A stretch of 64,000 nt of DNA, taken from the human T2T-CHM13v2.0 reference genome, Homo sapiens. Shown in pieces: positions 15,201 to 30,514 of the stretch. Each line of letters opens with the position of its first letter. Positions within the stretch are counted from its first letter, which is position 1. Under the pieces are notes generated by a model, which saw only the letters and a program-made list of their open reading frames with translations, was not told the origin of the DNA and searched no databases. A program made the position numbers and the translations under genes. The stretch lies in the NCBI RefSeq assembly GCF_009914755.1, contig NC_060940.1. One strand, given 5' to 3'.

Positions 15201-18200
15201 ATTGGAGTCCATTCAATGATTCCATTCTATTCCAATCGATGATGATTCCATTAGAGTCCATTTAATGATTCCATTTGATTCCAGTCTCTGATGATTACAT
15301 TCGAGTCCATACGATGATTCCACTCAATTCCATATGATGATGATTCCATTTGATTCCATTCGGTGATTCCGTTCTATTCTATTCAATGGTGATTCCATTC
15401 GAGTACATTAGATGATTCCATTCGATTCCATTCAATGATGATTCTATTTGTGTCCCTTAGATGATTCCGCATGATTCCATTAGATGATGATACTATTTGA
15501 GCCCATCCAATGATTCCCTTCGATTCCATTCGATGAGGATTCCATTCGATTCAATTCATTGGTGATTCTATTCAATTCAATTCTTTGATTCCATTCCATT
15601 CCATTCGACAATGATTCCATTCGATTTCTTTCGATGATTCCACTCGATTCCACTTGACATTGATTCCATTCGATTCCATTCAATGATTCCATTTGATTCC
15701 AGTGGATGATGATTGCCATCGATTCCATTCGATCACTCCATTCTATTCCATTTGATGATGATTACATTCGATTCCATTTGATGATTCCATCTGATTCTAT
15801 TCGAGGATTCCATTTGATTCCATTCGATGATGATTCCATTCGAGTCCATTCGATGATTTCATTCGAGTACATCCAATGATTCCATTCGAGTCCATTAGAT
15901 GATTCCATTTGATTCCATTTGAAAATGATTCTACTAGAGTCCATTCAATGACTCCATTCGAGTCCATTCAACAATTCCATTCGACTCCATTCGATGATTC
16001 CATTCGATTCCATTTGATGGATCCATTCGAGTCCATTTAATCATTACAGTCGAGTCCATTTGGTGATTCCACTGGATTTCTTTTGATAATGATACCATTC
16101 AATTACATTTGATGATGATCCCATTCAATTTCATTTGATGATGATTCCATTAGAGTCCATTCGATGATTTCATTCGAGTCCCTTCATTGATTCCATCCGA
16201 TTTCATTGGATGATGACTCCATTCGAGTCCATTCGATGATTCCACTCGATTCCATTAGATGACTCCATTGGAGTCCATTTGATTGTTCCATTCGATTCCA
16301 TTCGATTCCTTTCGAAGATTATTCCATTTGAGTCCATTCGATGATGATTCCATTCCATTCCATTCGATGATTCCGTTTGATTCCATTCGATGATTCCCTT
16401 CGATTCCTTTCTTTGATGATTCCATTCCATTCCATTCAATGATTCCATTCGAATCTATTCCATGATGATTCCTTTCGATTCCATTCGCTGATGTTTCCGT
16501 TCAATTCCATTCGATGATGATTCCATTCGATTCCATTCATTGAGGATTCCATTTGATTCCATTCAATGATGATTCCATTCTATTCCATTCAATGATTGCA
16601 TTCAATTCCATTCAATGATTATCCCCTTAGAGTAAACTCAACGATTCCATTCAATACCATTCGATGATGATTCCTTTTGAGTCCATTCAATGATTTCATT
16701 CAAGTCCATTTGATGATTCCTTTCAATTCCATTCTATGATGATTCCATTCGAGTCCATTCGATGATTCCATTCGATTGCATTCGATGATTCCATTATATT
16801 CCATTCAACAGTGATTCCATTCGAGTCAATTCCATGATTCCATTAGAGTACATTTAATGATTGCTTTGTTTTCAATTCGAAGATGATTACATTGGATTCC
16901 ATTCTATGATACCATTCGATTCCATTCAATGATGATTCCACTCAAATCCATTGGATGATTCCATTCGTGTCCATTCGGTGATTTCATTACATTCCATTCG
17001 AGGATGATTCCATTCGATTCCATTCGATGATTCCATTCAATTCCATTCGATGATGATTCCATTCCAGTCCATATGATCATTCCATTTGATTTCATTCGAT
17101 GATGATTCCATTCGATTCGATTCGACGATTCCATTCTATTCCATTCGATGATGATTCCATTCGAGTCCATTCGATGATTCCATTCGAGTCCATTTAATGA
17201 TTCCATTGGGTTCAATTCAATGATGATTACATTGGATTCCGTTCTATGATTCCATTCAATTCCGTTCATTGACAATTTGATTCCATTCGATGATGATTCC
17301 ATTTGAGTTCATTCGATGATTCTATTCGATTCTCTTCGATGTTGATTCAATTCTATTATATTGGATGATTCCATTCGATTCCATTTGATGTTGATTCAAT
17401 TCGATTCTATTCGATGATGATTCCATTGGATTTCACTTGATGATTCTATTCGATTCCATTCAATGATGATTCACTTCTCGTCCATTGGATGATTCCATTT
17501 CATTCCATTCGATGATGATTCCATTCGATTCCATTCGATGATTCCATTTGATTCCATGCGACGGTGAGCAATTCGATTCAATTCCATGATGATTCTATTT
17601 GATTCAATTAGATGATGTTTCCATTCGAATCCATTCCATGATTATTCCATTGGAATCCATTCGGCGATGATTCCATATGAGTCAATTCAATGATGATTCC
17701 ATATGGGTCCGTTCGATGATAATTCCATTTGATTTCATTCGATGCTTCTATTCTATTCCAGTCGATGATGATTCCGTTGGAGTCCATACGATGATTCCAT
17801 TTGATTTCATTTGATGATGATTCCATTCGATGATGATTACATTGGATTCCATTCTATGATTCCATTCAATTCCATTCGTTGATGATTCGATTCCATTCAA
17901 TGATGATTCCATTTGAGTTCATTCGATGATTCTATTCGATTCCGTTCGATGGTGATTCAATTCTATTATATTGGATGATTCCACTCGATTCCATTTGATG
18001 ATTATTCCATTGGAGTCCACTTAGTGAATCCTTTAGATTCTACTCGACGATGATTCCATTCGAGTCCATTCGATGATACCATTCAATTCCATTCGTTGAT
18101 GCTTCCATTCAAGTGCATTCGATGATATCATTCGATTCCATTTGATGATAATTCCATTTGATTCCATGCGATGATTCTATTCGATTCCATTCAATGATAA

Positions 18201-18336
18201 TTCCATTCAATTCAGTGATTCCTCTGGACTCCATTTGATGATGATTCCATTCAATGATTCCATTCGATTCTATTCGAAAATGATTCCATTTGAATCCATT
18301 TGATGATGATTCCATTAGATTCCATTTGATGATTCC
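12225..18336 (+). repeat. Higher-order unit copy 3 (6112 bp)
   Basis: Anchors are offset +6112 from copy 2 (e.g. 12495, 16203). Confidence 0.95.
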
Positions 18337-21300
18337 ATTCGATTCCATTCGACGATGATTCCATTCGATTCCGTTTGATGATTCCATTCTATTCTATTCG
18401 ATGATGATTCCATTCGATTCCATTCGATGATGATTGGATTCGATTCCATTTGATGATTTCATTTGATTCCATTCGTTAATGATTTCGATCAATTCCATTC
18501 GATGATTCCATTCGATTCCATTCGATAATGATTACATCCGAGTCCATTCGATGATTCCCTTTGAGCCTGTTCGATAATTCCATTTGAGTCCAACCAATGA
18601 TTCCATTCATTTCCATTCAATGATTCCATTCGAGTCCATTTGATCATTCCGGTAGGGTCCATTCGATGTTGATTCCATTGGAGTGCATTCGATGATTCCA
18701 TTCGAGTCCATTTTAGGATTTGATTCGAGTCCTTTCGATGATTCCATTCGATTCCACTCGATGATGATTTCATTCGAGTCCATTCGACACTTCCAATCGA
18801 TTCCATTTGATGATTCCATTCGAGTCCAATTGATGATTCCATTCAATTCCATTCGATGATGATTCCGTACGATTCCATTCTGTGATGATTCCATGTGATT
18901 GCATTCAATGATGATTCCTTTCGATTGCATTCGATTATGATTCATTTCGTGTTCATTCTATGGTTCCACAGGTTTCCATTCGTGTCCATTCCATTATTCC
19001 ATTCTATTCCATTTGATGATGATTCCATTCGATTCCATTCATTGGTGATTCCACTCAATTCCATTCAATGATTCCATTCCATTTCTTTCAACAATGATTC
19101 CATTAGTTTCTAATCGATGATCCACTTGATTCCATTTGACGACGATTCCATTCTTGTCCATTCGATGATTCCATTTGATTCCATATGATGATGATTCCAT
19201 TCGATTCCATACCATGATGATTCCATTCGAGTCCATTCAATGGTGATTCCATTCAATTCCATTCGATGATTCCTTTTGATTCCATTCGATGATGATGGCA
19301 TTCGATTCCTTTCAATCATTCCCTTTGATTCCATTCAAAGGTGATTTCATTCAAGTCCATTCGATAATTGCATTCGATTCCATTCTATGATGATTCCATT
19401 CGAGTCCATTTGATGATTCCATTCAATTCAAGTCAATGATGATTCCATTCGATTCCATTCGATGATTCCATTGGATTCCATTCGATGATGATTCCATTCA
19501 AATCCATTCGATAATTCAATTCAAGTCCATTCGATGATGATTCCAATCGAATCCATTCAAAGATTCCATTCAGTTCCATTCGATGATTCCCTTAGATTCC
19601 ATTCGATGATTCCACTTGATTGCATTTACGATGATTCCATTCGATTCCATGTGATGATTCCATTCAATTCTATTCAATGATGTCTCCATTTGATTCCATT
19701 CGACCATGATTGCCTTTGATTCCATTCAATGATTCCATTCGGTTCCGTTTGATGATGATTCCGTTCGATTCCATTTGATGATTCCATTTGATTCCATTGG
19801 ATGAGTCCATTCGATTACATTCGATGATTATTCCATTCGAGTGCATTAGATGATTCCATTCGAGTCCATTCGATGATTCCATTCGATTCCATTCGATGTT
19901 GATTCTGTTCAAATCCATTCGATGATTCCACTCGATTCCATTCGTTGACTCCATTTGATCCCATTCGATGATTTCCTTTGATTCCCTTTGATGATCATTC
20001 CATTTGATTCAATTCGGTGATTTCATTTGATTCCATTCAGTGATGTTTCCATTCGACTCCATTCGATGATGATTCCATTCGACTCCATTCGATTATGATT
20101 TCATTCAATTCCATTCGATAATGATTCCCTTCGAGTCCATTCGATGATTCCATTCGATTCCATTCAACGATGATTTGATTCGTGTCCATTCGATGATTCC
20201 ATTTGATTCCACTTGATGATGATTCCATTCGAGTCCATTTGATGATTCCATTCAATTCCATACTCCGATGATTTCTTTTGAGCCCACTCAATGCTTCCAC
20301 TCGATTCCATATGATGATGACTCCATTCGATGAAATTCGATGATGATTCCATTCGCTTGCTTTCGATGATGATTCCACTTGAGTCCGTTAGAAGATTCTA
20401 TTCAATTACATTCCATGACGATTCCGTTCGAGTCCATTTGATGATTCCATTAGACTCCATTCGACGATGATTCCATTCGATCTCATTCGATGATGATTCC
20501 ATTCAACTCCATTCGATGTTTCCATTCGAGTTCATTCTATTATTCCATTAGATTCCATTCGATGATGATTCCATTCGATTCCATTTGATGATTGCATTCT
20601 ATTTCATTTGATGATGATTCCATTCGAGTCCACTCGATGATTCCATTCGAGTCCATTTAATGAATCCATTGGTTTCAATTCTATGATGATTACATTGGAT
20701 TCCATTCGTTGATGATTTCATTCGGTTCCATTCAATGATGATTCCATTCAATTCCTTTCAATGTTTCCATTCAATTCCATACGATGATGATTCCATTTGA
20801 TTTGATTCGACAGTGAGCCATTCGATTCAATTCCATGGCGATTCTATTTGATTCAATTGGTTGACATTTCCATTCGATTCCATTCGATGATGATTCCCTT
20901 TGATTCCGTTCAAAGATGATTCCATTCTAGCCCATTCAATCATTCCATTCGATTCTATTCAATGATGATTCCATTCATGTCGATTTGGTGATTCCATTTG
21001 ACTTCATTTGATGATGATTCCTTTCAAGTTCATTAGATGATTCCATTCGATTCCATTTGATGATGATCCCATTCGAGTCCATTCAGTGATTCCATTCGTT
21101 TCCATTCCATGATGATTCCATTCCTTTCCATTCAATGATTCCATTCGATTCCGTTTGATGATGATTTCATTCGAGTCCATTTGATGATTCCATTTGATTC
21201 CATTCGATGATGATTCCATTCGAGTCCATTCGATGATTCTATTCGAATCCATTTGATGATTTCTTTTGATTATATTTGGTGATGATTCCATTGGAGTCCA

Positions 21301-24300
21301 TTCAATGATTCCATTCTATTCCAATCGATGATGATTCCATTAGAGTCCATTTAATGATTCCATTTGATTCCAGTCTCTGATGATTACATTCGAGTCCATA
21401 CGATGATTCCACTCAATTCCATATGATGATGATTCCATTTGATTCCATTCGGTGATTCCGTTCTATTCTATTCAATGGTGATTCCATTCGAGTACATTAG
21501 ATGATTCCATTCGATTCCATTCAATGATGATTCTATTTGTGTCCCTTAGATGATTCCGCATGATTCCATTAGATGATGATACTATTTGAGCCCATCCAAT
21601 GATTCCCTTCGATTCCATTCGATGAGGATTCCATTCGATTCAATTCATTGGTGATTCTATTCAATTCAATTCTTTGATTCCATTCCATTCCATTCGACAA
21701 TGATTCCATTCGATTTCTTTCGATGATTCCACTCGATTCCACTTGACATTGATTCCATTCGATTCCATTCAATGATTCCATTTGATTCCAGTGGATGATG
21801 ATTGCCATCGATTCCATTCGATCACTCCATTCTATTCCATTTGATGATGATTACATTCGATTCCATTTGATGATTCCATCTGATTCTATTCGAGGATTCC
21901 ATTTGATTCCATTCGATGATGATTCCATTCGAGTCCATTCGATGATTTCATTCGAGTACATCCAATGATTCCATTCGAGTCCATTAGATGATTCCATTTG
22001 ATTCCATTTGAAAATGATTCTACTAGAGTCCATTCAATGACTCCATTCGAGTCCATTCAACAATTCCATTCGACTCCATTCGATGATTCCATTCGATTCC
22101 ATTTGATGGATCCATTCGAGTCCATTTAATCATTACAGTCGAGTCCATTTGGTGATTCCACTGGATTTCTTTTGATAATGATACCATTCAATTACATTTG
22201 ATGATGATCCCATTCAATTTCATTTGATGATGATTCCATTAGAGTCCATTCGATGATTTCATTCGAGTCCCTTCATTGATTCCATCCGATTTCATTGGAT
22301 GATGACTCCATTCGAGTCCATTCGATGATTCCACTCGATTCCATTAGATGACTCCATTGGAGTCCATTTGATTGTTCCATTCGATTCCATTCGATTCCTT
22401 TCGAAGATTATTCCATTTGAGTCCATTCGATGATGATTCCATTCCATTCCATTCGATGATTCCGTTTGATTCCATTCGATGATTCCCTTCGATTCCTTTC
22501 TTTGATGATTCCATTCCATTCCATTCAATGATTCCATTCGAATCTATTCCATGATGATTCCTTTCGATTCCATTCGCTGATGTTTCCGTTCAATTCCATT
22601 CGATGATGATTCCATTCGATTCCATTCATTGAGGATTCCATTTGATTCCATTCAATGATGATTCCATTCTATTCCATTCAATGATTGCATTCAATTCCAT
22701 TCAATGATTATCCCCTTAGAGTAAACTCAACGATTCCATTCAATACCATTCGATGATGATTCCTTTTGAGTCCATTCAATGATTTCATTCAAGTCCATTT
22801 GATGATTCCTTTCAATTCCATTCTATGATGATTCCATTCGAGTCCATTCGATGATTCCATTCGATTGCATTCGATGATTCCATTATATTCCATTCAACAG
22901 TGATTCCATTCGAGTCAATTCCATGATTCCATTAGAGTACATTTAATGATTGCTTTGTTTTCAATTCGAAGATGATTACATTGGATTCCATTCTATGATA
23001 CCATTCGATTCCATTCAATGATGATTCCACTCAAATCCATTGGATGATTCCATTCGTGTCCATTCGGTGATTTCATTACATTCCATTCGAGGATGATTCC
23101 ATTCGATTCCATTCGATGATTCCATTCAATTCCATTCGATGATGATTCCATTCCAGTCCATATGATCATTCCATTTGATTTCATTCGATGATGATTCCAT
23201 TCGATTCGATTCGACGATTCCATTCTATTCCATTCGATGATGATTCCATTCGAGTCCATTCGATGATTCCATTCGAGTCCATTTAATGATTCCATTGGGT
23301 TCAATTCAATGATGATTACATTGGATTCCGTTCTATGATTCCATTCAATTCCGTTCATTGACAATTTGATTCCATTCGATGATGATTCCATTTGAGTTCA
23401 TTCGATGATTCTATTCGATTCTCTTCGATGTTGATTCAATTCTATTATATTGGATGATTCCATTCGATTCCATTTGATGTTGATTCAATTCGATTCTATT
23501 CGATGATGATTCCATTGGATTTCACTTGATGATTCTATTCGATTCCATTCAATGATGATTCACTTCTCGTCCATTGGATGATTCCATTTCATTCCATTCG
23601 ATGATGATTCCATTCGATTCCATTCGATGATTCCATTTGATTCCATGCGACGGTGAGCAATTCGATTCAATTCCATGATGATTCTATTTGATTCAATTAG
23701 ATGATGTTTCCATTCGAATCCATTCCATGATTATTCCATTGGAATCCATTCGGCGATGATTCCATATGAGTCAATTCAATGATGATTCCATATGGGTCCG
23801 TTCGATGATAATTCCATTTGATTTCATTCGATGCTTCTATTCTATTCCAGTCGATGATGATTCCGTTGGAGTCCATACGATGATTCCATTTGATTTCATT
23901 TGATGATGATTCCATTCGATGATGATTACATTGGATTCCATTCTATGATTCCATTCAATTCCATTCGTTGATGATTCGATTCCATTCAATGATGATTCCA
24001 TTTGAGTTCATTCGATGATTCTATTCGATTCCGTTCGATGGTGATTCAATTCTATTATATTGGATGATTCCACTCGATTCCATTTGATGATTATTCCATT
24101 GGAGTCCACTTAGTGAATCCTTTAGATTCTACTCGACGATGATTCCATTCGAGTCCATTCGATGATACCATTCAATTCCATTCGTTGATGCTTCCATTCA
24201 AGTGCATTCGATGATATCATTCGATTCCATTTGATGATAATTCCATTTGATTCCATGCGATGATTCTATTCGATTCCATTCAATGATAATTCCATTCAAT

Positions 24301-24425
24301 TCAGTGATTCCTCTGGACTCCATTTGATGATGATTCCATTCAATGATTCCATTCGATTCTATTCGAAAATGATTCCATTTGAATCCATTTGATGATGATT
24401 CCATTAGATTCCATTTGATGATTCC
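18337..24425 (+). repeat. Higher-order unit copy 4 (6089 bp; 23-bp deletion at ~20481)
   Basis: GTTATTCGATGATTCCATTCGAT is missing after ...CGACGATGATTCCATTCGAT, and downstream anchors shift by -23. Confidence 0.93.
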
Positions 24426-27400
24426 ATTCGATTCCATTCGACGATGATTCCATTCGATTCCGTTTGATGATTCCATTCTATTCTATTCGATGATGATTCC
24501 ATTCGATTCCATTCGATGATGATTGGATTCGATTCCATTTGATGATTTCATTTGATTCCATTCGTTAATGATTTCGATCAATTCCATTCGATGATTCCAT
24601 TCGATTCCATTCGATAATGATTACATCCGAGTCCATTCGATGATTCCCTTTGAGCCTGTTCGATAATTCCATTTGAGTCCAACCAATGATTCCATTCATT
24701 TCCATTCAATGATTCCATTCGAGTCCATTTGATCATTCCGGTAGGGTCCATTCGATGTTGATTCCATTGGAGTGCATTCGATGATTCCATTCGAGTCCAT
24801 TTTAGGATTTGATTCGAGTCCTTTCGATGATTCCATTCGATTCCACTCGATGATGATTTCATTCGAGTCCATTCGACACTTCCAATCGATTCCATTTGAT
24901 GATTCCATTCGAGTCCAATTGATGATTCCATTCAATTCCATTCGATGATGATTCCGTACGATTCCATTCTGTGATGATTCCATGTGATTGCATTCAATGA
25001 TGATTCCTTTCGATTGCATTCGATTATGATTCATTTCGTGTTCATTCTATGGTTCCACAGGTTTCCATTCGTGTCCATTCCATTATTCCATTCTATTCCA
25101 TTTGATGATGATTCCATTCGATTCCATTCATTGGTGATTCCACTCAATTCCATTCAATGATTCCATTCCATTTCTTTCAACAATGATTCCATTAGTTTCT
25201 AATCGATGATCCACTTGATTCCATTTGACGACGATTCCATTCTTGTCCATTCGATGATTCCATTTGATTCCATATGATGATGATTCCATTCGATTCCATA
25301 CCATGATGATTCCATTCGAGTCCATTCAATGGTGATTCCATTCAATTCCATTCGATGATTCCTTTTGATTCCATTCGATGATGATGGCATTCGATTCCTT
25401 TCAATCATTCCCTTTGATTCCATTCAAAGGTGATTTCATTCAAGTCCATTCGATAATTGCATTCGATTCCATTCTATGATGATTCCATTCGAGTCCATTT
25501 GATGATTCCATTCAATTCAAGTCAATGATGATTCCATTCGATTCCATTCGATGATTCCATTGGATTCCATTCGATGATGATTCCATTCAAATCCATTCGA
25601 TAATTCAATTCAAGTCCATTCGATGATGATTCCAATCGAATCCATTCAAAGATTCCATTCAGTTCCATTCGATGATTCCCTTAGATTCCATTCGATGATT
25701 CCACTTGATTGCATTTACGATGATTCCATTCGATTCCATGTGATGATTCCATTCAATTCTATTCAATGATGTCTCCATTTGATTCCATTCGACCATGATT
25801 GCCTTTGATTCCATTCAATGATTCCATTCGGTTCCGTTTGATGATGATTCCGTTCGATTCCATTTGATGATTCCATTTGATTCCATTGGATGAGTCCATT
25901 CGATTACATTCGATGATTATTCCATTCGAGTGCATTAGATGATTCCATTCGAGTCCATTCGATGATTCCATTCGATTCCATTCGATGTTGATTCTGTTCA
26001 AATCCATTCGATGATTCCACTCGATTCCATTCGTTGACTCCATTTGATCCCATTCGATGATTTCCTTTGATTCCCTTTGATGATCATTCCATTTGATTCA
26101 ATTCGGTGATTTCATTTGATTCCATTCAGTGATGTTTCCATTCGACTCCATTCGATGATGATTCCATTCGACTCCATTCGATTATGATTTCATTCAATTC
26201 CATTCGATAATGATTCCCTTCGAGTCCATTCGATGATTCCATTCGATTCCATTCAACGATGATTTGATTCGTGTCCATTCGATGATTCCATTTGATTCCA
26301 CTTGATGATGATTCCATTCGAGTCCATTTGATGATTCCATTCAATTCCATACTCCGATGATTTCTTTTGAGCCCACTCAATGCTTCCACTCGATTCCATA
26401 TGATGATGACTCCATTCGATGAAATTCGATGATGATTCCATTCGCTTGCTTTCGATGATGATTCCACTTGAGTCCGTTAGAAGATTCTATTCAATTACAT
26501 TCCATGACGATTCCGTTCGAGTCCATTTGATGATTCCATTAGACTCCATTCGACGATGATTCCATTCGATCTCATTCGATGATGATTCCATTCAACTCCA
26601 TTCGATGTTTCCATTCGAGTTCATTCTATTATTCCATTAGATTCCATTCGATGATGATTCCATTCGATTCCATTTGATGATTGCATTCTATTTCATTTGA
26701 TGATGATTCCATTCGAGTCCACTCGATGATTCCATTCGAGTCCATTTAATGAATCCATTGGTTTCAATTCTATGATGATTACATTGGATTCCATTCGTTG
26801 ATGATTTCATTCGGTTCCATTCAATGATGATTCCATTCAATTCCTTTCAATGTTTCCATTCAATTCCATACGATGATGATTCCATTTGATTTGATTCGAC
26901 AGTGAGCCATTCGATTCAATTCCATGACGATTCTATTTGATTCAATTGGTTGACATTTCCATTCGATTCCATTCGATGATGATTCCCTTTGATTCCGTTC
27001 AAAGATGATTCCATTCTAGCCCATTCAATCATTCCATTCGATTCTATTCAATGATGATTCCATTCATGTCGATTTGGTGATTCCATTTGACTTCATTTGA
27101 TGATGATTCCTTTCAAGTTCATTAGATGATTCCATTCGATTCCATTTGATGATGATCCCATTCGAGTCCATTCAGTGATTCCATTCGTTTCCATTCCATG
27201 ATGATTCCATTCCTTTCCATTCAATGATTCCATTCGATTCCGTTTGATGATGATTTCATTCGAGTCCATTTGATGATTCCATTTGATTCCATTCGATGAT
27301 GATTCCATTCGAGTCCATTCGATGATTCTATTCGAATCCATTTGATGATTTCTTTTGATTATATTTGGTGATGATTCCATTGGAGTCCATTCAATGATTC

Positions 27401-30400
27401 CATTCTATTCCAATCGATGATGATTCCATTAGAGTCCATTTAATGATTCCATTTGATTCCAGTCTCTGATGATTACATTCGAGTCCATACGATGATTCCA
27501 CTCAATTCCATATGATGATGATTCCATTTGATTCCATTCGGTGATTCCATTCTATTCTATTCAATGGTGATTCCATTCGAGTACATTAGATGATTCCATT
27601 CGATTCCATTCAATGATGATTCTATTTGTGTCCCTTAGATGATTCCACATGATTCCATTAGATGATGATACTATTTGAGCCCATCCAATGATTCCCTTCG
27701 ATTCCATTCGATGAGGATTCCATTCGATTCAATTCATTGGTGATTCTATTCAATTCAATTCTTTGATTCCATTCCATTCCATTCGACAATGATTCCATTC
27801 GATTTCTTTCGATGATTCCACTCGATTCCACTTGACATTGATTCCATTCGATTCCATTCAATGATTCCATTTGATTCCAGTGGATGATGATTGCCATCGA
27901 TTCCATTCGATCACTCCATTCTATTCCATTTGATGATGATTACATTCGATTCCATTTGATGATTCCATCTGATTCTATTCGAGGATTCCATTTGATTCCA
28001 TTCGATGATGATTCCATTCGAGTCCATTCGATGATTTCATTCGAGTACATCCAATGATTCCATTCGAGTCCATTAGATGATTCCATTTGATTCCATTTGA
28101 AAATGATTCTACTAGAGTCCATTCAATGACTCCATTCGAGTCCATTCAACAATTCCATTCGACTCCATTCGATGATTCCATTCGATTCCATTTGATGGTT
28201 CCATTCGAGTCCATTTAATCATTACAGTCGAGTCCATTTGGTGATTCCACTGGATTTCTTTTGATAATGATACCATTCAATTACATTTGATGATGATCCC
28301 ATTCAATTTCATTTGATGATGATTCCATTAGAGTCCATTCGATGATTTCATTCGAGTCCCTTCATTGATTCCATCCGATTTCATTGGATGATGACTCCAT
28401 TCGAGTCCATTCGATGATTCCACTCGATTCCATTAGATGACTCCATTGGAGTCCATTTGATTGTTCCATTCGATTCCATTCGATTCCTTTCGAAGATTAT
28501 TCCATTTGAGTCCATTCGATGATGATTCCATTCCATTCCATTCGATGATTCCGTTTGATTCCATTCGATGATTCCCTTCGATTCCTTTCTTTGATGATTC
28601 CATTCCATTCCATTCAATGATTCCATTCGAATCTATTCCATGATGATTCCTTTCGATTCCATTCGCTGATGTTTCCGTTCAATTCCATTCGATGATGATT
28701 CCATTCGATTCCATTCATTGAGGATTCCATTTGATTCCATTCAATGATGATTCCATTCTATTCCATTCAATGATTGCATTCAATTCCATTCAATGATTAT
28801 CCCCTTAGAGTAAACTCAACGATTCCATTCAATACCATTCGATGATGATTCCTTTTGAGTCCATTCAATGATTTCATTCAAGTCCATTTGATGATTCCTT
28901 TCAATTCCATTCTATGATGATTCCATTCGAGTCCATTCGATGATTCCATTCGATTGCATTCGATGATTCCATTATATTCCATTCAACAGTGATTCCATTC
29001 GAGTCAATTCCAAGATTCCATTAGAGTACATTTAATGATTGCTTTGTTTTCAATTCGAAGATGATTACATTGGATTCCATTCTATGATACCATTCGATTC
29101 CATTCAATGATGATTCCACTCAAATCCATTGGATGATTCCATTCGTGTCCATTCGGTGATTTCATTACATTCCATTCGAGGATGATTCCATTCGATTCCA
29201 TTCGATGATTCCATTCAATTCCATTCGATGATGATTCCATTCCAGTCCATATGATCATTCCATTTGATTACATTCGATGATGATTCCATTCGTTTCGATT
29301 CGACGATTCCATTCTATTCCATTCGATGATGATTCCATTCGAGTCCATTCGATGATTCCATTCGAGTCCATTTAATGATTCCATTGGGTTCAATTCAATG
29401 ATGATTACATTGGATTCCGTTCTATGATTCCATTCAATTCCGTTCATTGACAATTTGATTCCATTCGATGATGATTCCATTTGAGTTCATTCGATGATTC
29501 TATTCGATTCTCTTCGATGGTGATTCAATTCTATTATATTGGATGATTCCATTCGATTCCATTTGATGTTGATTCAATTCGATTCTATTCGATGATGATT
29601 CCATTGGATTTCACTTGATGATTCTATTCGATTCCATTCAATGATGATTCACTTCTCGTCCATTGGATGATTCCATTTCATTCCATTCGATGATGATTCC
29701 ATTCGATTCCATTCGATGATTCCATTTGATTCCATTTGACGGTGAGCAATTCGATTCAATTCCATGATGATTCTATTTGATTCAATTAGATGATGTTTCC
29801 ATTCGAATCCATTCCATGATTATTCCATTGGAATCCATTCGGCGATGATTCCATATGAGTCAATTCAATGATGATTCCATATGGGTCCGTTCGATGATAA
29901 TTCCATTTGATTTCATTCGATGCTTCTATTCTATTCCAGTCGATGATGATTCCGTTGGAGTCCATACGATGATTCCATTTGATTTCATTTGATGATGATT
30001 CCATTCGATGATGATTACATTGGATTCCATTCTATGATTCCATTCAATTCCATTCGTTGATGATTCGATTCCATTCAATGATGATTCCATTTGAGTTCAT
30101 TCGATGATTCTATTCGATTCCGTTCGATGGTGATTCAATTCTATTATATTGGATGATTCCACTCGATTCCATTTGATGATTATTCCATTGGAGTCCACTT
30201 AGTGAATCCTTCAGATTCTACTCGACGATGATTCCATTCGAGTCCATTCGATGATACCATTCAATTCCATTCGTTGATGCTTCCATTCAAGTGCATTCGA
30301 TGATATCATTCGATTCCATTTGATGATAATTCCATTTGATTCCATGCGATGATTCTATTCGATTCCATTCAATGATAATTCCATTCAATTCAGTGATTCC

Positions 30401-30514
30401 TCTGGACTCCATTTGATGATGATTCCATTCAATGATTCCATTCGATTCTATTCGAAAATGATTCCATTTGAATCCATTTGATGATGATTCCATTAGATTC
30501 CATTTGATGATTCC
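24426..30514 (+). repeat. Higher-order unit copy 5 (6089 bp; same 23-bp deletion at ~26570)
   Basis: It has the same junction CGATGATTCCATTCGAT|CTCATTCG as copy 4, with anchor spacing 6089. Confidence 0.93.
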
